From positions 448,001 through 512,000 of the forward strand of contig CAWFFN010000009.1 in assembly GCA_963815115.1 (NCBI GenBank): 64,000 bases of DNA. The letters run 5' to 3'. The translations under genes and the position numbers were made by a program. Shown here piece by piece: positions 1-12,043 of the stretch. The notes under the pieces were generated by a model. The model did not search any database and was not told the DNA's origin. It saw only the letters and a list, made by a program, of their open reading frames with translations. This DNA comes from an uncultured delta proteobacterium. GTDB taxonomy: Bacteria; Desulfobacterota; Binatia; DP-6. Each line of letters begins with the position of its first letter. Positions within the stretch are counted from its first letter, which is position 1.

Positions 1-1
1 C

Positions 2-1369
2 GCGGCTTCCCCACACCAGCCGCATGTTCGACGCGGCGACGGCCGGGGCGGCCGACTCGCGCAGGAAGCGCCCGAGGTCCGCCACCTCGCGCAGCCGGGC
101 GAGCTCGCGGCTCGCGGCGTAGATGAGCTCGCGCGCCGCGCGCTGTCCGGGGAAGAGTGTGCGCTCGATCCCGCCCTCGACGGCGCGCCGGACGGGCGCC
201 ACCGTGAGGACCACCGTCACCGCGACGGCCGCGAGCAGCCCGGCGACGGCCCAGGCGGTGGTGTCGTCGACCATCCGCTCCAGCGCGAGGAAGAGAGCGA
301 GGTAGACCCCGACGGCGCCGATGGCCAGGATGCCGGCGGTGAGGCCGCGCCGCACCACGCCGCCGAGGTCGAAGAGGTTCAGCTCGAGCATGGCGTAGAC
401 GACGAGGGCGCCGGACACCCAGAGCGGGACCAGGAACGCCGCCACCGGGAGCTGGAACGAGACCCAGCCCAGGTTGCCCGCGGCGAACAACCCGGCCGCC
501 GCGGTCAGCGCGAGCAGGCTGGCGAAGACGACCCGCGCCTCGCGCCGTCGCAAGGGGTCGGCGCTGCGCCAGGCCGCGATCGCGTAGTTCGTCGTGAGGA
601 ACGTGAGCCCGGCGTTGCCGAGGCAGGCGAGCAACGGCATGGCGATCGGCGACCGGATGCCGAGCAGGACCATCTCGACCGCGGCCGCTCCGTAGATCAC
701 CGCCAGCGTCGGGCGGGGATGCGAGCGTAGCGGCTCGCGCACCTCGGGCATGATCATCGCGAGGTGCAACAAGGTGCCGATGGAGAGCCCGGCGGCGAGG
801 AAGCCCCAGCGCGGCAGGTGATGCACGAGGTAGGCGTCGGAGGCGAGGAAGCCGAAGTTCACCGCCAGCCCGAGCTGGCCGAGGAAGAAGAGCCGGGTGG
901 TGGTGAGATCGGGGCGTGCGAGCACCGGGAGGAGGCCGATGGCGATCCCGCCGAGGCCGCCGAGCAGGAGCGGAAGGAAGAGCTCGACGTAGTCGCCGGC
1001 GGTGAACACGGTGGTGGGCACGACGAAGTCGAGCGCACCGTGTCCCGCCCGCTGCACCGTGTAGCGCATCGGCGTTCCGGTCGCCGCGTGCTCGACGGCG
1101 GCGCGCACGCCCTCGGCTCCGGCGACCGGCACGCCGTCGACCGCGACGATTCGATCCTCGAAGCGAAGCTGGCGCGTGGCGTCGGCGAGCCGGAGCGGGG
1201 AGAGGGCGAGCGGAGCGACCGAGCCGTCCGGGTGCATGCCGAACCCGGCCCAGCGCCGCCCGACGAAGTCGAGCGCGTCGATGAAGACCAACCCGGCGAT
1301 CACGGCCGCTCCGAGAGACAGGGCGCAGGCGCCCGCTCGGATTACCGCTGCGCTCGGCCACGCGGCCAC
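2..1369 (-). CDS. PDZ-domain multi-pass membrane sensor (N-terminal part of a histidine kinase/cyclase-type signalling protein); runs off window start
   Basis: My own translation from GTG at 1369, absent from the ORF track because there is no stop in the window: MAAWPSAAVIRAG..., PDZ-like 'LRFEDRIVAVDGVPV...TGTPMRYTVQR', many hydrophobic helices, 'YAMLELNLFDLGGVVRRGL', open to position 2. Confidence 0.7.
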   Translation of the reverse strand, partial: MAAWPSAAVIRAGACALSLGAAVIAGLVFIDALDFVGRRWAGFGMHPDGSVAPLALSPLRLADATRQLRFEDRIVAVDGVPVAGAEGVRAAVEHAATGTPMRYTVQRAGHGALDFVVPTTVFTAGDYVELFLPLLLGGLGGIAIGLLPVLARPDLTTTRLFFLGQLGLAVNFGFLASDAYLVHHLPRWGFLAAGLSIGTLLHLAMIMPEVREPLRSHPRPTLAVIYGAAAVEMVLLGIRSPIAMPLLACLGNAGLTFLTTNYAIAAWRSADPLRRREARVVFASLLALTAAAGLFAAGNLGWVSFQLPVAAFLVPLWVSGALVVYAMLELNLFDLGGVVRRGLTAGILAIGAVGVYLALFLALERMVDDTTAWAVAGLLAAVAVTVVLTVAPVRRAVEGGIERTLFPGQRAARELIYAASRELARLREVADLGRFLRESAAPAVAASNMRLVWGSR

Positions 1370-1488
1370 GCCGCTCGTCTAGCGCCGCGCGACATCCCCG
1401 GCAACCCGCGCGGCAGCGTACGTCGGCCCGCTTCGCGGCGGGCGCTCGACCTTGCCGCCCCGGGAGCCTGTGATAGGCAAGGGCCCCG

Positions 1489-2103
1489 ATGAAGCCGGTG
1501 CTCACCTCGCTCGTTCTCGCGCTCGCCCTGGCCCTGGCGAACTACTGGGCGCTCTGGCAGCTCGGCGGCGCGCCGCTGTGCATCGCGTGCGCCCTGGTGC
1601 TCCTGGGCGGGCCCTTCGTGCTCGCGATCGCGCTCGCGAGCGTGCTGCCGCTGCTCGCGGCCCCGGCCGCGCCGGCGCAGGCGAAGCCCGCTGCCGCCGC
1701 CGCCCCGCCCAGGCCGAGCGAGCCGCCGGAGAATACGGCGCTCAGGCTGCTGGCGTCGCTCCAGGAGGACGGCAGGCTGGTCGACTTCCTCACCGAGGAG
1801 ATCACGGCCTACTCCGACGAGCAGATCGGCGCGGCCACGCGCGGCATTCACGCGACCTGCGCCAAGGCCCTGCATGCCTGCGTGAAGCTCGAGGCCGTCC
1901 TCCCGGGACGCGAGGACGACACGGTCACCGTTCCGGCGGGCTTCGACCCTGCGAGCATTCGACTGACCGGCAACGTCCAGGGCGCGCCGCCGTTCACCGG
2001 CACGTTGCGCCACGCGGGCTGGCGCGCGGCCGGCATCACGATCCCCGTGCGCGCCGGACTCGACCCGAGGATCATCGCGCCCGCCGAAGTCGAGATCGCC
2101 TGA
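1489..2103 (+). CDS. DUF2760-domain membrane protein
   Basis: Two N-terminal TM segments; 'ALRLLASLQEDGRLVDFL.E.I..YSDEQIGAA.R.IH', 'IRLTGNVQGAPPFTGTLRHAGW', 'IIAPAEVEI'; sits upstream of an Hsp70 pair. Confidence 0.85.
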   Translation: MKPVLTSLVLALALALANYWALWQLGGAPLCIACALVLLGGPFVLAIALASVLPLLAAPAAPAQAKPAAAAAPPRPSEPPENTALRLLASLQEDGRLVDFLTEEITAYSDEQIGAATRGIHATCAKALHACVKLEAVLPGREDDTVTVPAGFDPASIRLTGNVQGAPPFTGTLRHAGWRAAGITIPVRAGLDPRIIAPAEVEIA

Positions 2104-2109
2104 CGCTTC

Positions 2110-3900
<1,791 letters not shown>

Positions 3901-3906
3901 TCGCGC

Positions 3907-6633
3907 ATGCCCTCCCGCTATCTCGTCGGCATCGACCTCGGTACCACCAACACGGCATGCGCGTGGGTCGATACCCGCGCCGGGCGGCAGATCCATGTCT
4001 TCGACGTGCCGCAGCTCGTCGCGCCGGGTCAGGTCGCGCCCCGTGCCACCCTCCCGTCGTTCGTCTACCTCGCCGGGACGCACGACGTGCCCGCGGGCAG
4101 CCTGGACCTGCCGTGGGCTGCCGGACGCGAATTCTGCGTCGGATGGCTGGCGCGCGAGCAGGGCGCGCGCGTTCCCGGCCGGCTGGTCGCGTCGTCGAAG
4201 TCGTGGCTCTGCCACGGCGGCGTCGATCGCACGGCGGCCATCCTGCCCTGGGGTGGCGGTACGGACGTGCCCAAGATCTCCCCGGTCGACGCGGCGGCCC
4301 GCGTCCTGGCTCACCTGCGCGACGCGTGGGACGCGAGCTTTCCGGAGCCGCTGGCGGCGCAGGAGATCGTGCTCACGGTGCCCGCGTCCTTCGACGAGGT
4401 GGCGCGCGAGCTGACCGTCGAAGCAGCGCGCGCGGCGGGCCTTGCCGAGGCGGTGCTGCTCGAGGAGCCGCAGGCGGCGTTCTACGCCTGGCTGGTGGGT
4501 CACGAACGCGACTGGCGCGAGCGCGTCGCGGCGCTTCCGCTGGTCCTGGTGGTCGACGTGGGCGGCGGCACCACCGACCTCTCGCTCATCACCTCGCGCC
4601 AGGGACGGGGTGAGCTGGCGCTGGAGCGCGTCGCCGTCGGCGAGCACCTCCTGCTGGGCGGCGACAACATGGACATCGCGCTGGCGCGCGGGCTCGAGGC
4701 GCGCCTCGTTCCCGACGGCCAGCTCGACCCGATGCGCTTCCACGGACTGGTGAGCCAGTGCCGCTCCGCCAAGGAAGCGCTGCTGGGAGCCGGCGCGGGC
4801 GAGACGGCCCGCATCACCGTCGCCGGCCGCGGCGGCGGCGTGATCGGCGGTGCGCGCAGCGCCGATTTGACGCGCGCCGAGGTCGAGCAGACGGTGCTCG
4901 ACGGCTTCTTCCCTGCCGTGCCGGCCGATGCGCGGCCGCGGCGCGCCTCGGGTGCCGGATTGCGCGAGTGGGGGCTGCCGTTCGCGGCCGACGCCGAGAT
5001 CACCCGCCAGGTGGCGGACTTTCTCTCGCGCCAGCGCGAGGCCGCGGGACAGCCGGAGCGTGCGCTCGTCCGGCCCGACGCGCTGCTGTTCAACGGCGGC
5101 GCGTGCGAGCCGCCGGCCGTCCGGGCCCGGATCGCCGAGGTGATCGGCTCGTGGCATGCACCCGACGGCGGCTGGAAGCCCGTGATTCTCGAGGGCGAAT
5201 CGCTGCAGCTCGCCGTGGCGCGCGGCGCCGCCTACTTCGGTCTCGTGCGGCGCGGCCTCGGGGTCCGCATCGGCAGCGGGGCGGCGCGCAGCTACTACCT
5301 GGGTCTCGGCGACGAGAGCGCGCTGTGCCTCGTTCCGCGCGGCATGGAGGAAGGGGAAACGGCCGCCATCGAGGGACACGACCTCGAGCTGCTCACCAAC
5401 CGCCCGGTCGCGTTTCCGCTCTTCACCGCCACCGATCGCAGCGGGGAGCAGGCCGGCGATCTCGTGGCGGTCGGGGGTGCGGCGCTCGGGCAGCTTCCGC
5501 CCATCCGCACCGTGCTGCGCTTCGGGCGCAAGCTCGAGGAGCGCGCGCTGCCGGTGCAGCTCGAGGCGCAGCTCACCGAGATCGGCACCCTCGCCCTGTG
5601 GTGCCGGTCGCGCACCACCGACCATCGCTGGCGGCTCGAGTTCCGCCTGCGCGACACCGTCGGGGCCGAGGCTCCGTCGCCGCAGGCGGCGGGCGCGCTG
5701 GTAGTCGACGCCGGTCGCGTCGCGGCCGCCGCGGCCCTGCTGCGCGCAGCCTTCGAGGGCACCGACGATCCGGTCACGCTCTCGCGCCGGCTCGAGGACG
5801 CGCTCGACGCCGCGCGCGACGCGTGGCCCCTGCCGGCGATCCGTGCGCTCTGGGACGTCCTCTGGACGTACGAGAAGGCTCGCGGCCGGGGTCCGGACCA
5901 CGAGGCGCGCTGGCTCAACCTGGCCGGCTTCCTCCTGCGCCCGGGCTTCGGGGATGCCGGAGACGAGATCCGCGTCAACCGGCTGTGGCGCGTCCTCGGA
6001 GAGGATCTCCGCCACGGCCGCGCGACGCAGTGTCGGGCGGAGTGGTGGAACCTGTGGAAGCGGGTCGCGGGCGGGTTGAATGCCCGCCAGCAGCAGCATC
6101 TCCTCCAGCTGGTATCACCGGCCCTGCTGCGCAGGGGAAAGCCGAGGGGTCCGCGGCCGGGGCCTCAGGAGATGCGCGAGATGTGGCAGGCGGTGGGAAG
6201 CTGCGAGCGCCTGTCGTCCAGCGCGCGCGCCGAGCTCGCCGAGCAGCTGGCGGCCGAGGCGGCCCGCGGTCGCACGACCGAGCAGGAGCTGTGGGCCCTG
6301 GCCCGGCTCGGCGCGCGTGTCCCCGTCTACGGTCCGCTCAACTGCGTCGTGCCGCGGGAGCGCGCGACCGCCATCGCGGAGCGCCTGCTCGCCTGCGCCT
6401 GGCCCCGGGAGGAGGCCTACGGGTTCGCGCTCGCCCAGGTCGCGCGCGCCTCGGGCGACCGCGAGCGCGACCTGGACCCGGCGCTGCGCGAGCGCGTCGC
6501 CGGACGGCTCGAGCCGCTTGCGGACGGCGTCCACCTCGCCCGGGTGGTGCGGGAGCCCGTCGCGCTCGAGGCCCGGGAAGAGGCGCGACTGCTCGACGAA
6601 TCGCTCCCCGCGGGACTGCGCCTGCGCGCCTGA
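3907..6633 (+). CDS. Atypical Hsp70-family protein with C-terminal DUF3731-like domain
   Basis: Same Hsp70 ATPase motifs plus 'HEARWLNLAGFLLRPGFG', 'EWWNLWKRVAGGL', 'WALARLGARVPVYG'. Confidence 0.88.
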   Translation: MPSRYLVGIDLGTTNTACAWVDTRAGRQIHVFDVPQLVAPGQVAPRATLPSFVYLAGTHDVPAGSLDLPWAAGREFCVGWLAREQGARVPGRLVASSKSWLCHGGVDRTAAILPWGGGTDVPKISPVDAAARVLAHLRDAWDASFPEPLAAQEIVLTVPASFDEVARELTVEAARAAGLAEAVLLEEPQAAFYAWLVGHERDWRERVAALPLVLVVDVGGGTTDLSLITSRQGRGELALERVAVGEHLLLGGDNMDIALARGLEARLVPDGQLDPMRFHGLVSQCRSAKEALLGAGAGETARITVAGRGGGVIGGARSADLTRAEVEQTVLDGFFPAVPADARPRRASGAGLREWGLPFAADAEITRQVADFLSRQREAAGQPERALVRPDALLFNGGACEPPAVRARIAEVIGSWHAPDGGWKPVILEGESLQLAVARGAAYFGLVRRGLGVRIGSGAARSYYLGLGDESALCLVPRGMEEGETAAIEGHDLELLTNRPVAFPLFTATDRSGEQAGDLVAVGGAALGQLPPIRTVLRFGRKLEERALPVQLEAQLTEIGTLALWCRSRTTDHRWRLEFRLRDTVGAEAPSPQAAGALVVDAGRVAAAAALLRAAFEGTDDPVTLSRRLEDALDAARDAWPLPAIRALWDVLWTYEKARGRGPDHEARWLNLAGFLLRPGFGDAGDEIRVNRLWRVLGEDLRHGRATQCRAEWWNLWKRVAGGLNARQQQHLLQLVSPALLRRGKPRGPRPGPQEMREMWQAVGSCERLSSSARAELAEQLAAEAARGRTTEQELWALARLGARVPVYGPLNCVVPRERATAIAERLLACAWPREEAYGFALAQVARASGDRERDLDPALRERVAGRLEPLADGVHLARVVREPVALEAREEARLLDESLPAGLRLRA

Positions 6634-6685
6634 CGCGCTCCGAGCGCACTGGAGAGAGATGCCGGCCTCACGTACCCTTGGCGCG

Positions 6686-8247
6686 ATGCGTCTACCGGCA
6701 GACGAGCTGGCCGAGCCAGGTTTGCTGAGGCAAATCACGGCCTTGGCGCTGATTCCGGCGAACGCCGCCGGGGCCGCGGCGGTCTATCTCTACTTCAGCT
6801 ACCTCGACCCCTGGGGAGGCCGCCCCCAGCCCGATGCGGCGACGGCGTTCCTCCTCTTCGCGGCCATCACCGGCGTCCTGCTCGTGGTCACGACCCGCCT
6901 CGGCGACCGCTGGACCCGTCCCGTGCACCGCTGGTCGCGCCGGCTGCGGGCCGGGGCTCCCCCCGCGACCGTACCCGTCGAGGTGCGCCGGCGCGTCCTC
7001 AACGCGGCCCTGATGATCGGGCTCCTCAGCCTGGCGGCCTGGTTCGCTGCCGGGCTCTTCTATCTGGTGATTCTCGGGGTGGGCTACCGGATCGGCGCGT
7101 TCGAGACGCTCCGGATCTTCCTCAGCATCGTGCTCGTCGGCGGTCCGGTCGCCTCTGCGCTGGCCTTCCTGGTGAGCGAGTACCACTGGCGGCGCGAGAT
7201 CCCCTCTTCTTCCCCGACGGCGACCTGGAGCGCGCCGGCGTGCTGCGGCTGCCGATCCGCATCCGCCTCCTCGTCACCTTCCTCCTCACCTCGATCCTTC
7301 CGCTCCTGCTCATGCTCACGCTCGATCTCAGCCTGCAGCGGCGCGTCCCCGAGACGCTCGCCGTGGTCTGGCGGGAGCTGGTGCGCGCGCAGCTCTTCCT
7401 GGTCGGGATCACGGCGGTCGCCTCGACGACCATGGCCTTCCTCGTGGCCCGCTTCGTCCATCGGCCGATCCAGGCGCTGCGCCACGGCATGGCGGAGGTG
7501 GCCGCAGGCAATCTGACGACGCGGGTGCCGGTGCGCAGCACCGACGAGCTCGGCGAGCTCAACTGGCACTTCAACGCGATGGTGGAGCAGCTCCGCCTGG
7601 CCGCCCAGGCGCGCGAGCTCTTCGGGCGCTACGTCAGCCCCGCCGTGGCGCGCCAGGCGCTGGAGCGCGGCGACGGCCTCGACAGCACCGTGGTGCGCGC
7701 CACCGCGATGTTCGTCGATCTGCGCGGCTTCACCGCCCTCGCGCAGCGCGCCGCGGTCCAGGACGTGGTCCGGGTCCTGAACACGTTCTACGCCACGGTG
7801 GAGCGGGTGTGTGATCGCGAGAGCGGCGTCGTGACGCAGTTCCTGGGCGACGGCGTGGTGGTGGTCTTCGGCGGGCCGCTGCGACCGGCGGACGATCACG
7901 CGCGACGGGCCGTGCGCGCCGCCATCTCACTCCAGTGGGCGCTCATCAACCATCCCGCCCTGCCCGGTCTGGGACGGCTGCAGGCCGGCATCGGCATCTG
8001 CACCGGCGACATGGTGGCCGGCAACATCCGTGCGAACGAGCGCGTCGTCTACACCATCGTCGGCGACGCGGTGAACCAGGCGGCGCGGCTGCAGGTGAAG
8101 ACGCGCGATCTCGGCAGGCCGATCCTCGTGACCGCCAGCACGCGTGACGTGCTGGGTGACTCCGACGGAGTGTGGCTCCGTCCCTGCGGCGCGCTCCCGC
8201 TGCGCGGCATCGAGGCGCCCGTGGAGGTCTTCGCTGTCGAGATCTGA
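6686..8247 (+). CDS. Membrane HAMP-domain class III adenylate/guanylate cyclase, split by a 1-nt frameshift near 7201-7204
   Basis: TM region from ATG 6686 joins the 7240..8247 frame if one C is added to CCCC (REIPLFFPDGDLER); HAMP 'DELGELNWHFNAMV', cyclase 'MFVDLRGFT', 'FLGDG', 'YTIVGDAVNQAARLQ'. Confidence 0.8.
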
Positions 8248-8308
8248 CCGCGGGGCGTTGTTCGCAAAGCTGGTCAGACGCTTCGCGAACGCGGTATCGA
8301 GTCCGGCC

Positions 8309-11092
8309 ATGGTCCTCGGACGATTCGCAGTGGCCGCGGTCATCGTGCTCGTAGCCGCGCTGGCATCCGCGCCGGCGCGCGTTCCCGAGCGCCGCTGCCA
8401 GGCGGCGATCTCGGAGGCGGGGCGGCGGCTCTTCGACGCCTCCCTCATCACCCTCGCCTCGTGCCGGCGCGCGATCGCGCGCGGTGCGCTGCCGGCGGGA
8501 ACCGACTGCGCTGCGGTGCGAGGGACGACGCGGAAGCAGGCCAGTGCCAAGGCAGATGCCGCGCGCCATCTGCGGCGAGCCTGCAGCGATGCCGAGGTCG
8601 TCTCGCTGGCTCCGGCCGGCGCGTGTGCGGGCACCGGGACCGTCGCCGGCCTGACGACGTGTCTCGCCGGGAGCAATGCGGCCGACGCCGAGGCGCTGCT
8701 CGCGGTCGCCGATGCCGCGCATGGCTCCCTACCGCGCGCCGCGCGCAGGTGCGCCGCGCGGGCATCCCTCCATGTCCGGCGCTTCGCGCTCGAGCGCGTG
8801 GGGCTGATCCAGCGGTGCAAGCAGGGCCCTGCGCACCTGCGCCTTCCGCCCGGCGAAACGTGCAGCAGCGAGCCGGATACGCAACGGCGGATCGCGCGCC
8901 GGCGCTCCCGTGCAGCGGACCGGATCGCCGCCGCCTGCAGCCCGCCCGCCCTGTCCGCGACCCCCTTCGGCGCGCCGTGCGACGCGGCGGCGAGCGGCGC
9001 GGGCCTGGCCGAGTGCCTGCTCGAGCAGGCAGACGCCGCCGCGGGGGAGGCGATCGCGACGGAGTTCCGTGACCCCGGCGCGTGCGGGGACTCGGCGGAC
9101 GCGGTCGAGCAACGGGTCGATGCGCTCCTGGCAGACATGACGCTCGCGCAGAAGCTCGATCAGATGCGCGGAAAGACGCTCGGCACCGGCGGCTGGCGCA
9201 CCCCGGACGAACCGTCGCTGGGGCTCCCCGGCTTCGGCATGCTCGACGGTCCGCGCGGCGTGAGCGCGCTCATCGGCGGGCACGCGACGGCGTTCCCGGT
9301 GGCAGTCGCACGGGGGGCGTCCTGGGATCCGGCGCTCGAGGAGCGCGTGGGCGAGGCGATCGGCGCCGAGGCGCGCGCCAAGCAGGCGAGCGTGCTGCTC
9401 GCGCCGACGGTGAACATCCTGCGGCACCCGCGCTGGGGGCGGGCGCAGGAGACCTACGGCGAGGACACGCTGCACCTCGGCCAGATGGGCGCCGGCTTCG
9501 TCCGCGGCGCCCAGCAGCACGTGATCGCGAGCGCGAAGCACCTGGCGCTGAACAGCATCGAGGACACGCGGCTCGATCTGAACGTCACCGTGGACGAGCG
9601 CTCGCTGCGTGAGGTCTACCTTCCCCACTTCCGCATCCTGGTTCAGCAGGCGCACGTGGGCTCGGTGATGGCGGCGTACAACTCGGTGAACGGCCAGTAC
9701 TGCGCGGAGAACGTCCACCTGCTGCACGACGTCCTGAAGGGCGACTGGGATTTCCAGGGCTTCGTCGAGTCGGACTGGATCTTCGGCATGCACGGGACGG
9801 CGACCTCGGCGAACGCCGGGCTCGACATCGAGATGCCGGTGCCCAACTTCTACGGGCCGCCACTGGCGAGCGCGGTCACGGCCGGGACGGTCTCGCAGGC
9901 CGTGATCGACGATGCCGTGCGCCGCGTCCTGCGCGCCAAGCTCTGCTTCCGCCTCGACACCGATCCGCCCGTCGCCGACCCCGCCACGATCGAGAGCCCG
10001 GCGCATCTCGACCTCGCGCTCGAGGCGGAGCGCGAGGGCATCGTGCTGCTGAAGAACGCCGGTGCGTCACTCCCGCTCGATCGCGCCCGGATGCGATCCG
10101 TGGCCGTCCTCGGCGGCCTCGCCGCCACCGTCAACCTCGGCGACCACGGCAGCAGCGACGTGTCCCCGTCCTTCGCCGTCACGCCTCTCGACGGCATCCG
10201 GAGCCAGGCCCCCGGCGTCAGCGTGACCGACCTCTCGGCGTCGACGATGTCGGATGCCGATCGCGCGACCGTGGCATCGGCAGACGCGGCCGTCGTCGTC
10301 GTGGGGCTGACCGCCGACGACGAGAGCGAGCGCGTCTTCACCGTCGGCGATCGGAAGTCGCTCGACCTGTCGCCGGCGCAGAACGAGCTGGTCGCGACGG
10401 TGGCCGCCCTCAACCCGCGCACGATCGTGGTGCTGGAGGGCAGTGGCGCAGTCACGATGCCGTGGGTGAACGACGTCGGCGCGATCCTGATGGCGTGGTA
10501 CCCCGGGCAGGAAGGAGGACGGGCGATCGCGGACGTGCTGTTCGGCGACGTCAATCCGTCGGGAAAGCTGCCCGTCACCTTCCCGGTCCGCGAAGCCGAC
10601 CTGCCGCCCTTCGACGACCACAGCACGCAGGTGACCTACGGCTACTTCCACGGCTACCGCTGGGTCGATCGCCTGGGCATCGCGCCCCTCTTCCCGTTCG
10701 GCTTCGGGCTCTCCTACACCACGTTCCGCTACGCGAACCTGACCCTGGAGCGCTCCAGCTTCTCGCCGGCGGGACGGCTGCGCGCCACGGTGGAGGTGAC
10801 GAACACGGGGAGCGTCGCGGGTGACGAGATCGCGCAGCTCTACGTGAGCTATCCCGGCTCCCGGGTGGAGCGCGCGGTCCAGGACCTGAAGGCCTTCGCC
10901 CGCGTGCACCTGGAGCCGGGCGAGACGCGGACGGTCGTCTTCGGGGTTCGCGCCGCGGATCTCGCGTACTGGGACGTCGCCGCCGGTGGGTGGACGGTCG
11001 AGCCGACGACCTACGGCGTTCGCGTCGGCGGATCGTCGAGGGACCTGCCTCTCGAAGCGACCTTCACGGTCGCCCGGGACGCCCAGCCATGA
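8309..11092 (+). CDS. Secreted GH3 beta-glucosidase with N-terminal Cys-rich helical domain
   Basis: Signal peptide; 'DGPRGV', 'APTVNILRHPRWGRAQETYGED', 'KH', 'FVESDW' nucleophile motif, GH3_C and Fn3-like C-terminus. Confidence 0.9.
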   Translation: MVLGRFAVAAVIVLVAALASAPARVPERRCQAAISEAGRRLFDASLITLASCRRAIARGALPAGTDCAAVRGTTRKQASAKADAARHLRRACSDAEVVSLAPAGACAGTGTVAGLTTCLAGSNAADAEALLAVADAAHGSLPRAARRCAARASLHVRRFALERVGLIQRCKQGPAHLRLPPGETCSSEPDTQRRIARRRSRAADRIAAACSPPALSATPFGAPCDAAASGAGLAECLLEQADAAAGEAIATEFRDPGACGDSADAVEQRVDALLADMTLAQKLDQMRGKTLGTGGWRTPDEPSLGLPGFGMLDGPRGVSALIGGHATAFPVAVARGASWDPALEERVGEAIGAEARAKQASVLLAPTVNILRHPRWGRAQETYGEDTLHLGQMGAGFVRGAQQHVIASAKHLALNSIEDTRLDLNVTVDERSLREVYLPHFRILVQQAHVGSVMAAYNSVNGQYCAENVHLLHDVLKGDWDFQGFVESDWIFGMHGTATSANAGLDIEMPVPNFYGPPLASAVTAGTVSQAVIDDAVRRVLRAKLCFRLDTDPPVADPATIESPAHLDLALEAEREGIVLLKNAGASLPLDRARMRSVAVLGGLAATVNLGDHGSSDVSPSFAVTPLDGIRSQAPGVSVTDLSASTMSDADRATVASADAAVVVVGLTADDESERVFTVGDRKSLDLSPAQNELVATVAALNPRTIVVLEGSGAVTMPWVNDVGAILMAWYPGQEGGRAIADVLFGDVNPSGKLPVTFPVREADLPPFDDHSTQVTYGYFHGYRWVDRLGIAPLFPFGFGLSYTTFRYANLTLERSSFSPAGRLRATVEVTNTGSVAGDEIAQLYVSYPGSRVERAVQDLKAFARVHLEPGETRTVVFGVRAADLAYWDVAAGGWTVEPTTYGVRVGGSSRDLPLEATFTVARDAQP

Positions 11093-12030
11093 GTGGACGG
11101 CGATCGCCGCTCGCCCTCGTGGCGGCGCTGGCCCTGCTCGCCGTGGGCCGCACGGCAGCGGCCGCGTTCCCGGTGGGCACGACGACCCGCACCTTCACCA
11201 CCACCTCGGTCGGCGGCACGCCACGAACCCTGAGCACCATCCTGTGGTATCCGGCGGTCCGGCGCACCGGCACGCCCGACGCGCTCGGGCTGCGCGACGC
11301 GACGGTGCGCCGCGGCCGCTTCCCGCTCGTCGTCTTCATGCACGGGACCTGCGGCCTGCCGGACGAGGCCACGTACCTGACGAAGGGGCTGGCGAGCCAG
11401 GGATTCGTGGTCGCGGCGCCGGCGCATCCCGGGCTCACGCTCGACGACCTTCCGGGCTGTCTCTCGCTCGGAGCGACGATCGAGGCGGGGGCGAACGCCC
11501 TGCCCGACGTGCGTGTCGTGATCGACGCGATGCTGGCCGAGGCCGGCGACCCTTCGTCACGCTTCGGGAAACGTCTTCGGCCCGACGCCATCGCAATGGC
11601 CGGCCTGTCGTTCGGTGGCTGGGCCACCCTGCTCGGGGCGCAGGAAGAGCCCGGCGTGCGGGCCGCGCTCGCGCTCGTGCCGGGAGGAACCGCGCTGCTC
11701 CCGCCCGGCGACATCGCCGTCCCGACGATGGTGATCGGCTCGGAACGCGATCAGGTGGTCGGCTTCGCGGAGTCGGAGACGGCCTACCAGCGGCTGGCGG
11801 GCCCGCGCTTCCTCGTCGAGCTGCTCGGGGGCAACCACCTCAGCGTCGTGGATTCGTGCTCCAACCTCTGCGTTCCCGGGGACATCTCGCAGGACGATGC
11901 CCACCGTCTCGTCCTGCACTACGCCGTGCCGTTCCTGCGGCGCTACGTGGCGGGACGAGCGGTGGCAATCCGGCGGCTCGCGCGCCCCGTGCGGGGCGTC
12001 ACGGTCGAGGCCGAGCAGCGGCGCAGGTGA
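11089..12030 (+). CDS. Secreted alpha/beta hydrolase (dienelactone hydrolase/PAF-AH-like)
   Basis: Signal peptide; 'FPLVVFMHG', 'LASQGFVVAAPAH', G-L-S-F-G nucleophile elbow, 'GGNHL'; ATGA overlap with the GH3 stop. Confidence 0.8.
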   Translation: MSGRRSPLALVAALALLAVGRTAAAAFPVGTTTRTFTTTSVGGTPRTLSTILWYPAVRRTGTPDALGLRDATVRRGRFPLVVFMHGTCGLPDEATYLTKGLASQGFVVAAPAHPGLTLDDLPGCLSLGATIEAGANALPDVRVVIDAMLAEAGDPSSRFGKRLRPDAIAMAGLSFGGWATLLGAQEEPGVRAALALVPGGTALLPPGDIAVPTMVIGSERDQVVGFAESETAYQRLAGPRFLVELLGGNHLSVVDSCSNLCVPGDISQDDAHRLVLHYAVPFLRRYVAGRAVAIRRLARPVRGVTVEAEQRRR

Positions 12031-12043
12031 CGTCCGGCCGACC

